From: Ostrea edulis
Lineage: Eukaryota
Length of the DNA stretch: 64,000 bases
Reading direction: 5' to 3'
NCBI RefSeq assembly: GCF_947568905.1
Contig: NC_079169.1
Location: 75,516,001 to 75,580,000 of the forward strand
Shown: positions 25,517 to 38,441 of the stretch, in pieces
Layout: each line of letters opens with the position of its first letter
Numbering within the stretch: the first letter of the stretch is position 1
Program-made: the position numbers and the translations under genes
Notes under the pieces: generated by a model
What the model saw: only the letters and a program-made list of their open reading frames with translations
Database searches by the model: none
Told to the model about the DNA's origin: nothing

Positions 25517-26517
25517 GGAGCGCCAAATTGACATAAACTCAGATAACTGAAGATATCTTCAATTATGTGAAGATATCATCAATTCATTTGATGCGCGCAA
25601 CAATTGAATTAAAGATTTCTTCAAATAATTAATGATATCTTCAATTCTGAATTATTGCGCGCATTAATTGAATTGATGAGAGCATTAATTCTTCAGTTGA
25701 ATTGATGCGCGCTTTAATTGATTTAATGATCTCTTCAAATGAATTGATGATATCAACAATTGAATTGATGCACGCAACAATTCAATTGAAGAGAGCAATA
25801 ATTGATATAATGCGCGCATTAATTCATTTGATGAGAGCAATAATGGATTTAATGCGCATTAATTCAATCATTGCTCTCTTCAATTGAATTAATGATATCT
25901 TTAATTCATTTGAAGAGAGCAATAATTCTTTTAGAGAGAGCAACTATATAATTAAAGATATCTTCAATTCAACATATCCATAATTGAATTAATGATATCT
26001 TTAATTGAATTGTTGCTCTTTTTAAAAGAATTTGTGCGCGAATTAATTCCTTATACAAAAGCATTGTAAATGATTTAAAGATATCTTCAATTGAATTAAA
26101 GAGATCATCAAATTATTTATAACGAGCTCTAAATTAATTATTGCGAGCAATATTTCTACTAAATTGATGCTCTCATCAAATGAAAGGAAGAGAGCAATAA
26201 TTGAATTAATGCGCGCATCAAATCTATTAATGTTCTCATTAATTGAATTAATGCGCGCATCAATTGAATTGAAGAGAGCAATAATTGAATTAATGCACGC
26301 ATTAAATAAATTATTGCTCTCATTAATTCAATTGATGCGCGCATTAATTTGATGGAAGCAATAATTGAATTGAAGCGCGCATTAATTCATTTGATGAGAG
26401 CAATAATTGATTTAATGCGCGTATTAATTCAATTAAAGAGAGCAATAATTGAATTGATGATATCTTCAAATAATTGAAGATATCTTCAATCTGAGTTTAT
26501 GTTAATTTGGCGCTCCA
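25517..26517 (+). mobile_element. Non-autonomous TIR element built from 21-bp repeats (copy 2)
   Basis: Same TIRs as copy 1, with TA flanks. An additional CAAAAC direct repeat lies outside both ends. Confidence 0.9.
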
Positions 26518-27150
26518 TACAAAACAGCTCGTATATTGCAACTTCTCACATGCCATTTTTTCTAAGTGCCGCATAATGTACATTGTACGTTCTGGGTACA
26601 TGTATTTCGTATTCCGGTCGATTACATGTATTTTAGAAAGTATTTAAGAAATATTTAAGTGATGCCAACTTTGATAAAAGACTCAAAGAAAGCATTTAGG
26701 TCCTCTGCTAAGAATTCTTTAAATATCTATGCTAAAATCTCTCTTTAGATGCTTCTATAAAATTAATAAATGACATTTTGATGTTTAAGAATGAAAAATA
26801 TATTTCAAATTGATTGACCATTCTATAATTGTCAGTTATCAGGACATCATAACCACAGGCACCTGAAGTATGGATATTACTATATACGGTATACCGGTAG
26901 AAGGCCAATCTCTAAAGCTAATTACTAAAAGCGTGAAATGATTACATAAATTGAAAGAGGGATGAGATAGACAGGGAATTCACACATTTCAGAGAAATTA
27001 TTGCCACCAAAAAAAATATCATAAAAGGTGTAGTAATATCCATTCTTCGGGTGCCTGTGATCATAACCCTCAAACATCAGGACATTATGATACCCATGTA
27101 TTTTACGAATCCCCCCCCCCCCCAATGTTGAGATTGAGTATATCAAATCA

Positions 27151-28226
27151 AACAAGACACCCATGGACCACATCGTTCACCTGATTCACCTTGGCCCTTA
27201 TTTAAAGATTTTCCCTATATATATATATTTGCATGTAAAACGTTGATCCCTATTGTGGCCCAAACCAACCCCCGGGGGCCATGATTTTTACAAACTTGAA
27301 TCTACACTGTGTCATGAAGCTTCCATGTAAAGTTTGTAAACGCACAGGGGCTAATCCTGTTTTGGGCCCAAACTCTGTGATACCATAAATATATTCATGA
27401 TATCACAGAGTTCTGACCCAAAACGGGCTAAGCCCCTGTATGTAAACATGCACTTTTCTGGCCCAGTGGTTCTTGAGAAGAAGATTTTTAAAGATTTGAC
27501 CCCCTATTTGGGGAGGGGGGGGGGGCTTGATTTTAACAAATTTTTGTGTAAATGTAAACTTTCCTTAAGCCCAATGGTTCTTGAGGAGAAGATTTTAAAC
27601 GATTATTCTCCCTATATATTTGTATGTAAAACTTTGATCCCCTTATTGTGGCCCCAATTTTTAACCTACCCCCGAGGGCTATGATTTTAACCATCTTGAA
27701 TTTGCATTATTTCAGGAAGCTTTCATGTAAATGTAAACTATTCTGGCCCAGTAGTTCTAATGAGAAAAAGATTTTTCCTATATAGTTGTACATGTATGTA
27801 TGTAAGACTTTCTTCCCCTATCATTGCCCCATCCTACCCCTGTGGCCATGATTTTAACAACCTTGAATCTGCACTATGTCAGGAAGCTGTCATGTAAATT
27901 TGTACTTTCCCCTATTGTGGTTCCAACCTACCCCCGGGGTTATGGTTTTAACAAACTTGAATCTGTACTATTTCATGTAAATTTCAGCTCTTCTGGCCCA
28001 GTGGTTCTTGAGAAGAAGATTTTTAAATGATCCCACCCTGTTTTTGCGACTACCTCCCCTTTGAAGTGGGCATGACCCTTGTTTTAAACAAATTTGAAAG
28101 CCGTTCACCCAAGGATGCTTTTTGCCAAGTTTGGTTGATATTAGCCAAGTGGTTCTGGGGAAGTTGCGAAAATGTGAAAAGTTTACAGACGGACGACGGG
28201 TGATCAGAAAAGCTCACTTGAACTGA
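27151..28226 (-). mobile_element. HINE-like element with satellite units, reverse orientation
   Basis: Reverse complement of the termini and units of 11700-12481. Confidence 0.7.
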
Positions 28227-28265
28227 AATATATACATGTACATGTATATATAGCCGTAAAAGATA

Positions 28266-29487
28266 TTTATACCCGCACTTTCTAAAGAAAGTTCAAGTAT
28301 ATTATCCGTCCGTCTGTCACACTTTCTTCTTCCTCAAACTGCTCTTTTATTTCAAGTGGTAACCAATTGATCTTTTGGAATATGATAGATGGTGTACTGT
28401 AGATATATGATAAGGTTTTAGAATATTCAATTTTACCATGGGGGCAAAACGGGGGTAAAAAAAATGACGTTTTTTCAACAAAAACCTGGTTCCCAGAACT
28501 CCTCCCACATTTCAAGCAGTAGCCCAATCATCTTTTGGAAGATGATTGGTTGGGTCCTGTAGATGTGCAATAAGGTTTCGGAATTTTCATTTTCACCCTA
28601 GGGGCCAAATGGGGGTCGAAAATGATGCTTTTTAACACAACCCTGGTTCCCAGGACTCCTCTTACAATTTACACAGTATCCTAATAATCATTTGGAAAAT
28701 GATTGCTGGTGTCCTGTAGATGTGCAATAAGGTTTTGGAATTTTCATTTTCACCCTAGGGATCAAATAGGGGTCGAAAAATTACAATTTTGTACAAAGAA
28801 ACCCTGGTTCCCAGAACTCCTCTTACATTTTACACAGTAGCCTAATAATCTTTTGGAAGATGCTTGCTGGTGTCCTGTAGATGTGCAATAAGGTTTTGGA
28901 ATCTTCATTTTCACCCCTGGAGTCAGATGAGGGTCGAAAAATGACGTGGTTTCTTTTGCACATAAGAACCCTGGTTCCCAGAACTCCTCTTACATTTTAG
29001 GCAGTATCCTAATAATCTTTAGGGAGATGGTTGCTGGTGTCCTGTAGATGCACATTAGGGTTTCGGAATTTTTATTTTTGCCCTGGGGGCCAAGTGGGGG
29101 TAGAAAAATGACGATTTTGTACCAAAAAAAACCTTGTTCCCAGAACTCCTCTTACATTTTAAGCAGTATCCTAATAATCTTTTGGATGATTATTGCTGGT
29201 GTTCTGTAGATGTGCAATAAGGTTTTGGAATTTTTATTTTCACCCCTGGGGTCAAATGATCGAGGGTTGAAAAATGACATTTTTGCAAAAGAACACTCAG
29301 GTCCCCAGAACTCTTTTTACGTTTTAAGCAGTATCCTAATAATCTTTAGGAAATTGGTTGCTGGTGTTCTGTAGATGCGTAATAAGGTTTTGGAATTTTT
29401 ATTTTTGCCCTGGGGGCCAAATGGGGGTCGAAAATGATGCTTTTTGTACAAAAAACCTTGGTTCCCAGAACTCCTCTTACAATTTAT
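28266..29487 (+). repeat. Array of about seven 157-167-bp units behind a GTCC-microsatellite head (HINE-like element with a different satellite core)
   Basis: CCCAG(A/G)ACTCC recurs near 28491, 28648, 28809, 28976, 29138, 29304 and 29464. The head contains TATCCGTCCGTCTGTCAC. Antisense partial copies lie at about 23285-23620. Confidence 0.8.
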
Positions 29488-29755
29488 GCATTAATTAATT
29501 ATAAAATAACGATTGTGTCTTCTTTGCCAGTAACATTAATATGACGAAGAGTATATTTAAAGGCAAACACTTGTGTGTGGGTATTACTGTCTTATGATAG
29601 CATCTAGTTGTGTATGTTGACTTTCTTACGACTAGGTCTTTTCTGGTACGAGTTAACCATGCACGAGTTTTCAAGGTACGCATTGACGAAATATCTAAGA
29701 TGCAGTGATAGTGGACAGTGATTTTTTTAAAAGGAAAACAACAACGGTTATAATA

Positions 29756-30529
29756 ATGGCTACTGTGTCGAGTTTGTTGAAGTCGATAAATGCAGTTGGA
29801 AGAAAATGCTTCTTCTTTCAGCAAAATTTCAGATTTGTATCTATGTTGTCGTCAAGCCAAGTCACGATGGCGAAACATTCAGTTGTAGCATGGAGAAAAT
29901 TCGGATCCAAGGGACCGTTGCATCAGACACCTGTGCCGTCTGAAGCAGACAAAGCAATTGTAAATTATTTAAAAAGTGAAATCGAAAGCGAGATGGAAGC
30001 AGATATACACAACGTGAAAACATATTTCTCTGATTGGAAAATCGTAAAGGCAGGCACAGAAATCACAATGACCAAAAACTTCCAATCAGAGATCATCACA
30101 GTATTATTCAATGTTAATGACTCTTTAGAGGATAATTACGATGAATCCGAAGATGATAAATTTGATGGTCCCCCAATGTCTTCACGACCATCATTCATGG
30201 TGGAAATAGCAAAACCGAGTGGAATGAAAATGATGATAGAATGTGACTGCATACCAGACCAAGAGCCACTAGAACGTTTTGATGGGACAAGGGGGAATGA
30301 TGTGTTTGTGATCACCAGTGTTCAAGTATATAAAGGTGAACGTTTGCCAAAAAACTATGTGTGCCAAGAATTTGATTCGGTGCTCTATGACAAACTTACA
30401 AATGTCCTACAAGAAAGGAAGATTGACAACAAGTTTGTAGAGGAACTGGTTGAGTTTAGTACAGATTATGAGCACCAGCAATATGTTGATTTCTTACAGA
30501 AAATGAAATCCCATATGAGTGAAAACTGA
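29756..30529 (+). CDS. C1QBP: Intronless C1QBP/p32/gC1qR (Mam33 mitochondrial glycoprotein family) paralog A, 257 aa
   Basis: Uninterrupted ORF with a basic, acid-free N-terminal presequence, then DKAIVNYLKSEIE, ITVLFNVN, PSFMVEIAK and LYDKLTNVLQERKIDNKFVEELVEFSTDYEHQQYVDFL, matching the p32 fold motifs. The symbol denotes family; orthology is untested. Confidence 0.9.
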   Translation: MATVSSLLKSINAVGRKCFFFQQNFRFVSMLSSSQVTMAKHSVVAWRKFGSKGPLHQTPVPSEADKAIVNYLKSEIESEMEADIHNVKTYFSDWKIVKAGTEITMTKNFQSEIITVLFNVNDSLEDNYDESEDDKFDGPPMSSRPSFMVEIAKPSGMKMMIECDCIPDQEPLERFDGTRGNDVFVITSVQVYKGERLPKNYVCQEFDSVLYDKLTNVLQERKIDNKFVEELVEFSTDYEHQQYVDFLQKMKSHMSEN

Positions 30530-33500
30530 ACTTTATTAACCTGACATTTATTACAGTAATGTAGTACAGTTTATGGAATATTATGTTATCATGTAATATG
30601 TATCATTGTCTGTTTCTGATCACCAAATTAATTCAGAGTCATACCAAAGGTCCAATGGACATCATCAATTGTGAATGTAAATTGTGACCAAATATCCACT
30701 TTATGAAAGTCTTAAACAATCTAATGAAATGTTCCCTGTGTATCAAAACAAAAGGAATTTAATAAGTATGTTAGACTATGACCTACTTTTGTTAGTTGGT
30801 CCTATCAATGGCTATTGATTCAATAAAGATGTTGATTTTACCTGATGAAATTTCCTGTGACTATTTCAAGACCATGGGAATGGCTGTAATATAGTGTTAC
30901 TGTAAAAGTATGAAGATGGATTGAAAGTGTGCTTGTAACTATGTGAACATGATCATATTCTTGGTCCAAATCTTTTTAGTTTTGATAAGGTTCACATGAC
31001 TTGGTTAAATTTATAATCACAGACACTAAATGAGTTACTGAGTGAAGCAGAGGTTTAAATGTACTGAGTACATAATAGTACTTTCAACTTTCTCAGACAC
31101 CAGCTTCTTCAAACAATGTATCTATACCCAAAGGCGGATCCAGCGCTGGCGACCCCACACTTTATTTCAAGTGTTTCTTTAGACCTGTGAGACTGTAACC
31201 CTCTGTTCTGAAATTTATGGATCCGAAACTAATTGCACATGGTATTTAATCAACTTCAGATATGTACTTTGTGCTTACTCACCCCCCTTCCAACTTTTAA
31301 AACTTTGTATCAGTCAAGCCGAAAGCCTACTTCAAAGGGGAGGCGAATTTTATTTATTTGTGGTAACTTTCACAGGGGCCTAAGATATCATTTTTAATGA
31401 TTATAATTAAAAGAGTTTTCGGTTATGAAATATTTTTCGGTGGGTTTCGTTTCGGTAGATTTCGTTTCGCACTTACAGGTACCCAATGCTACATCCATAA
31501 AAATATGCCTAAATTATGTTGTTGTTTTTTTTTTTACGACTGATGTTGCAAAATTATAACGACATCACTTAATTTAATGGAAATACCAATTTTTATAAAA
31601 ATATAAAACAAAGAAAATTTACCAAATGTATCTTTTCTTCTGAATTTGTTAAATTTGCTAAAAATATGCGATTAAAGGAAAAGATTGATGTTTCGCTATA
31701 TAAATGTTCATAATTCTGATAAAAATAACAGACACATATTTTGAAACCTGGATAGCTCTTTGTTATAATAAACAACGAAAGTAACGTATGTTTCTTATTT
31801 TTCCTTTCATTACTATAAACACATTTCTATTCAAAAATGGAAAGAAACATATTTGCACATTTCTAACGATCAGTTTACAATAATAATTTAAAGAAAATGT
31901 TTTATTTCCCAACATATTGATTAAATGTGTTTTTGTTGCTCATTTTGGAATACCTTTCCACAGAAACTGTTAGCATAATCCATCACGCGGTGTTATGAAT
32001 GAATATTTAACGTGAATCTTTTAATAAAAACATTTTTTCATGGTATAGCTCTTGTATGTTCTAAAACATTTTTTCATAGTAGTTCTTCTGTATTTCTGCT
32101 CTCCTAAGAACTATTTCTGAAAGAAATGATATAAAAACAATTGGAATGCTAGTAATCCTAATTGTTCGCGAACAATTAAAGGACTTTCCACCTTTTCATT
32201 GTTTTTTCCTGACAATTTTTATCTTCATTACTTCTTCACTTTTATCGCCTACATTATGTAACTGTACAACGCCTAAATCCTTAAATAAAAAAACCCACAA
32301 AAAAACCCCACACACAACAGTTCCGGTCACCTATCGCGATGAATGCTGCTCAACTTGCATCATTGCGACAGACTCTCTACCACAATACCAGACTTACTAG
32401 CTCTTCTCAGCTTTGGGAATTTCCTGGCTGACAGCAGTGGGAAAAAATCCACCACATTTCCATTAAAATCTATCAGTTGTGGATATTTTTAAAAGGGGTC
32501 AAAGTTTAGAGTTGTAATTCATAATTTCGAAACCAATTCAGAAGTCCATACTCGCCCATATGCTATTTCAATGCTATCTGAAGCAAGAAAGAGAGTATAA
32601 AAAGTGCCATTTTCTGGTCTTTTTGGATGACCTTGGCATTTGACCTTGACCTATTTTTCAAGGTCAATGTCACCCAATCCGTTCCAGTGGGTTCCGTCTC
32701 TCTACGACTATTACTTTAGGAGTCGTAAATTTCTGACGTAGAAATCGTAAAACATAAGGGGTAATAACTTCCGTAAAGGGTCATCGAATTCTTTTGTTTA
32801 ATGCCCATATCAATTCGACTAAGTCACATCTATGTTTTAAAAAAGGTTTGATGCTCCTATCATTCACGGTTTTCAAGATGAATCGATAACAAGGGTTTCT
32901 TGCGTAAAGTCCTATAAGTTCGGTAGGGGTCAAAGTTCAAGTACGCAGGGTGAAATCTGAGCATCTTTCAAGATGTCGAATATGATGGTCTACATTAGTT
33001 TTCGATAAGTCTTGAGGCGTAAAAAATTTTTGGCGGAAGAAAATAATAAGAAACAGAACAATATCAATAGGACTTTCCACAGAAAGGTGGAAAGCCCTAA
33101 TTATACGTAATGGAATTTCTGGTAACATGCATTTCTGAATTTCTCTACAAGATTGCATAGGACAATCATCAGAGATTAATCAATTCATTTCTAAGATATA
33201 TTATGAAAAGATGCTGAATTCTGGCAAATTGATAAACGTAGAGTAGCATAGTTACATGTATCATAAATAAGACAGTAGCAGAGAAAAACATGGTCTAAAT
33301 TTCTTGGAGAGGATATCTGTATATACCAGTGAATATAGGAACAACAACACATTTGTTTGTTCATAACATAGTTGATATTCAACAAACATTTCATTCATGA
33401 TGATATTTTGTCAATGTGTAGTTTAATATTTAATGTCTAATCAAGAATTTGATACATACGTTACTTTGAGTGCCTAAAAATTCTTGACGAATTCTTTAAA

Positions 33501-33735
33501 AAAAAGTTCTAACTCCTTAATTAATCGTGGGAGAAGGCGACAGGGGTTGATCATCGGCTAAGTTTTACATTTCCACGACAATACTGTTTTTTTAAGGGAG
33601 GGGTAGGGATTCGACCTCTGCATGTAAAAATAACCAACATTGCATGAAATGATAAAATGGGAGAGACGTACCATTGTTGCTACGTGCCAGATAATGACTG
33701 TTGTGCTCATTTGAGTAATTGCAGTGCAAGAAGTT

Positions 33736-34741
33736 TGGAGCGCCAAATTAACATAAACTCAAATAATTGAAGATATCTTCAATTATTTGAAGATATCATC
33801 AATTCATTTGATGCGCGCAACAATTGAATTAAAGATCTCTTCAAATAATTAATGATATCTTCAATTCTGAATTATTGCTCGCATTAATTGAATTCATGAT
33901 AGCATTAATTCTTCAACTGATTTAATGATCTCTTCAAATGAATTAATGATATCAACAATTGAATTGATGCGCGCTACAATTCAATTGAAGAGAGCAATAA
34001 TTGATATAATGCGCACATTAAATCAATTGATGAGAGCAATAATTGAATTGATGCGCGCATTAATTCATTTGATGAGAGCAATAAGTGATTTCATGCGCGC
34101 ATTAATTAAATTAAATTAATTGAATTAATGATATCTTTAATTCTTTTGAAGAGAGCAATAATTCTTTTAGAAAGAGCAACTATATAATTAAAGATATCTT
34201 TAATTCAACATATCCACAATTGAATTAATGATCTCTTTAATTGAATTGTTGCTCTCTTTAAAAGAATTGATGCGTACACTAATTCCTTATACAAAAGCAT
34301 TGTAAATGATTTAAAGATATCTTCAATTGAATTAAAGAGATCATCAAATTATTTAAATCGAGCTCTAAATTAATTATTGCGAGCAATATTTCTACTAAAT
34401 TGACGCTCTCATCAAATGAATTGAAGAGAGCAATAATTGAATTAATGCGCGCATCAAATCTATTATTGCTCTCATCAATTGAATTGAAGAGAGCATTAAT
34501 ATTGAATTAATGCGCGCATTAAATCAATTATTGCTCTCATTAATTCAATTGATGCGCGCATTAATTCAATTGATGAGAGCAATAATTGAATTGAAGCGCG
34601 CATTAATTCATTTGATGAGAGCAATAATTGATTTAATGCGCGCATTAATTCAATTAAAGAGAGCAACAATTGAATTGATGATATCTTCAAATAATTAAAG
34701 ATATCTTCAATTATTTGAGTTTATGTTAATTTGGCGCTCCA
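33736..34741 (+). mobile_element. Non-autonomous TIR element built from 21-bp repeats (copy 3)
   Basis: Same TIRs, flanked by TT (left) and TA (right). An additional AAGAAG direct repeat lies outside both ends. Confidence 0.9.
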
Positions 34742-35588
34742 TAAAGAAGAGCTGTGAGTTGACTTACACTCAAAATTTAATTTTCAAAAGATTGCATCAC
34801 ACGCGGAAAATTTATTTCAACAGAAATATTACACTAGAGATACCAATTCGAGATGATTAACATGTACTGTTTATTGGCACAGGTCTAATATACATTTAGC
34901 AACAAATAGTTTTGTTCAGCGTAAAATGATAAATTATAATAATGTCAACATATATGCGTTTGTTGCACATGTAATTTCGGGCAAATCCTAGGGTGGATCC
35001 AGAGCTGGGTTTAAGAATTATATTCAATTTTAACGAACTTTTGAGTCAAAATGATATGAAAGGTGGATACTTACATGTATTTACTTGCATCATTCAAATT
35101 TATCAACACCACTTTCTAGGATAAATAAGACGAAACACTAGGCTAGTGGTATAATGCGCAACCTAATGATCCTCTGTGGGTCCAAATTGATAGACAATTT
35201 AAAATTGAAAAAGAAGAGCTAGGAACTGCTCAGAATGCAGGATTTTGCGCCATTTACCGTTGAGCTCCTGGACCTTTGATGCATGATGATGATCACCTAT
35301 TCTACATTAAATCAGCTTTGAAATAAGTTTCTATTGAACAAAGCATCAATGTTTATATGTACACCCCCACCCTTTTTGTATTTTTGAATAAGTTTTAGCT
35401 GGCAATTAATTACAATCAGATATAGTAAATTTTCTATCTATTCCTTTAAAACAACACCGCAATATTGCAATGTGCTGCTCGCACTCTGTAATCATATGAT
35501 CGGGTTCGGCATACAAAAGCACGTTCACATGTTGCAGTGATACTGTGATTAACCTTTCCTGGAGTTTTCATTTATAAAAGTGACGAAC

Positions 35589-36377
35589 ATGTCTTCATTA
35601 CTAATGAAATCTTTCTTGAGCAGTGCTCAGAAATCGAGACGATCCCTCAGCACAGTTGCTTCATTTAAAAGATTGTTGTCACCTGCTAATTATCACAAAA
35701 CCGAGATAGCAGGTGGTGTGTCCATATCGAGGAAATTCGGGTACAATCCTTGCCAGACGAGGTGGCTCTACACGGAGACGGACCAGGACATGTCTCAGCA
35801 TATCGCTAAGGAAATTGAGAATGAGAAAAAATCTGCTATCAGCAAGGCATCTGATTACTTCAAAGATTGGAAAATTACACCAGATGGATGCGAAATATCG
35901 ATGTCCAGGAAAGAGGGAAACGAATCAATAACAATAGAATTCAATGTTAACAATGCCACTGACTTAGTCGATGAAGGGTCATCAGATTTCAACGTCGAGG
36001 AAACAAATGAAATGCCACAAATGATCTGCAGGCCACCATTCATTGTAGAGATTGGTAAACCAAGTGGCACGAAGATCCGAATTTCTTGTCAGTTTGTCAG
36101 CGAACTAGAGGCAGACGATGGCGATGAGCAAGACGTCAGGGATAAATTTGAAATTGTACAGTTTAGTGTAACCAAAGGGGATATCTTGCCATCAACATAT
36201 GTTTGCAGTGGAGAAACAATGGATGGAGAAATGTATGAAAAGTTGATGGACATGTTGGATGAACGCAAAATAGACAATGAATTTGCAAAAGAGTTGATAG
36301 ATATTGGCACCAGATATGAGCATAAAGAGTACATCAAGTTCCTATCCACATTTAAGGCTTTTGTGGATGAAAAATGA
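35589..36377 (+). CDS. C1QBP: Intronless C1QBP/p32 (Mam33 family) paralog B, 262 aa
   Basis: Uninterrupted ORF with the presequence MSSLLMKSFLSSAQKSRRSLS, then ITIEFNVNN, PPFIVEIGK and MYEKLMDMLDERKIDNEFAKELIDIGTRYEHKEYIKFL. The symbol denotes family; orthology is untested. Confidence 0.9.
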   Translation: MSSLLMKSFLSSAQKSRRSLSTVASFKRLLSPANYHKTEIAGGVSISRKFGYNPCQTRWLYTETDQDMSQHIAKEIENEKKSAISKASDYFKDWKITPDGCEISMSRKEGNESITIEFNVNNATDLVDEGSSDFNVEETNEMPQMICRPPFIVEIGKPSGTKIRISCQFVSELEADDGDEQDVRDKFEIVQFSVTKGDILPSTYVCSGETMDGEMYEKLMDMLDERKIDNEFAKELIDIGTRYEHKEYIKFLSTFKAFVDEK

Positions 36378-36616
36378 CAGTGTAAAACTTTGTCACAGTA
36401 GGCAAATAATATGATTAACATTAGAATAGTAGATTAATCAGTGTTTTAAGATTGCTACTACATGTATCAATTAAAAAGAGAGCTGTGGAATGTTTCTACC
36501 CAAATTAATCTGGACTTCATTCCAAACAACTTTCTAACATGTCATCTTCACAAATGTTTGAATCTGGATTAAATATGGACAAAATTTGCAAACATCATGG
36601 TGTATAAATATTTATT

Positions 36617-36932
36617 ATTTTACGTCCTGTCAAGAATTTTTCACTCACATTGAGACATCACCAGCTGTAGGTGAAGTACCATGTGCGTAGCGCTCAGGGC
36701 CAGAGCAGTGAGGGTTTTTTATCATGCCAATTACTGCCACGGCATGGGACCTCTGTTTTTAAGGTCATATCTGAAATACCAACGATTCTCATTTCTAAAT
36801 GCCGAGCGTTTGGCAAAGGAACAATCACTACAAATGTTAATGTCTTAGGTTTGACAAGGCCATGGCATGAACAGGGCTCAAACTCATGACTTCCCAGTTA
36901 CAAAGCAAACACTCTACCACTGAGCTACTGCG
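36617..36932 (-). mobile_element. tRNA-headed SINE
   Basis: The minus strand begins GTAGCTCAGTGGTAGAG...GAGTTTGAGCCC and carries the shared SINE core and tail. Confidence 0.7.
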
Positions 36933-37368
36933 ACCGGTCATGGTGTAAGAATAGATATGGGGCTCACTGGCAGAATTTTGCATAAATTTGTAAACCAGAC
37001 AGGGTATGTCATTGGTCCTGTGTGTGCATTTTTTTAAATGTATGTTTCTCTGTAGACTATTTACCAAAAAAAGTTTCAGGACATAGGTTTGATGACTGCA
37101 TAACGGTCATAACCCGAATATTTGGAGCAGTCTGTTGATTAGGAAAGTTGCAGACAAAGGAAGATTAACAAGCATTGTGATTTCTTCAAGCACTTTCATT
37201 TCTTGTTTAACAAGAGCTTCATAGAAGAGCATCCACAACAGGGCATATTGTAAAATAGCATCCCTTTAAGAATTTTAGGAATTGTGGGAATTTCAATTCG
37301 AATGACCTTGACCTTTTATATTTAACATTGAAGACCATATATGAACTATCTTGCCCTACTCAGGTGTA

Positions 37369-38441
37369 TGGAGCTCCAAATTAACATAAACTCAAATAAT
37401 TGAAGATATCTTCAATAATTTGAAGATATCATCAATTCATTTGATGCGCGCAACAATTGAATTAAAGATCTCTTCAAATAATTAATGATATCTTCAATTC
37501 TGAATTATTGCTCGCATTAATTGAATTATGATAGCATTTTAAATTCTTCAGCTGAATTGATGCGTGCTTTAATTGAATTAATGATCTCTTTAAATGAATT
37601 AATGATATCAACTATTGAATTGATGCACGCTACTATTCAATTGAAGAGAGCAATAATTGATATAATGCGCGCATTAAATCAATTGATGAGAGCAATAATT
37701 GAATTGATGTGTGCATTAATTGATTTGATGAGAGCAATAATTGATTTAATGCGTGCATTCAATTATTGCTTTCTTCAATTGAATTAATGATATCTTTAAT
37801 TCTTTTGAAGAGAGCAATAATTCTTTTAGAGAGAGCAACTATATAATTAAAGATATCTTCAATTCAACATATCCACAATTGAATTAATGATATCTTTAAT
37901 TGAATTGTTGCTCTCTTTAAAAGAATTGATGCGCGCATTAATTCCTTGTACAAAAGCATTGTAAATGATTTAAAGATATCTTCAATTGAATTAAAGAGAT
38001 CATGAAATTATTTATACCGAGCTCTAAATTAATTATTGCGAGCAATATTTCTACTAAATTGATGCTCTCATCAAATGAATTGAAGAGAGCAATAATTGAA
38101 TTAATGCGCGCATCAAATCTATTATTGCTCTCATTAATTGAATTAATGCGTGCATCAAATCTATTATTGCTCTCATTAACTGAATTAATGCGCGCATCAA
38201 TTGAATTGAAGAGAGCAATAATTGAATTAATGCGCGCATGAAATCAATTATTGCTCTCATTAATTCAATTGATGCGTGCATTAACTCAATTGATGAGAGC
38301 AATAATTGAATTGAAGCATGCATTAATTCATTTGATGAGAGCAATAATTGATTTAATGCGTGCATTAATTCAATTAAAGAGAGCAATAATTGAATTGATG
38401 ATATCTTCAATTATTTAAGTTTATGTTAATTTGGCACTCCA
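37369..38441 (+). mobile_element. Non-autonomous TIR element built from 21-bp repeats (copy 4)
   Basis: TA|TGGAGCTCCAAATTAACATAAACTC ... TTTATGTTAATTTGGCACTCCA|TA. Confidence 0.9.

Noticed and set aside
24361-38410. Many Leu/Ile-rich ORFs (LIELMRA...) resembling coiled-coil proteins
   Set aside because: All lie within four TIR-bounded repeat elements and appear on both strands, as a by-product of 21-bp periodicity.
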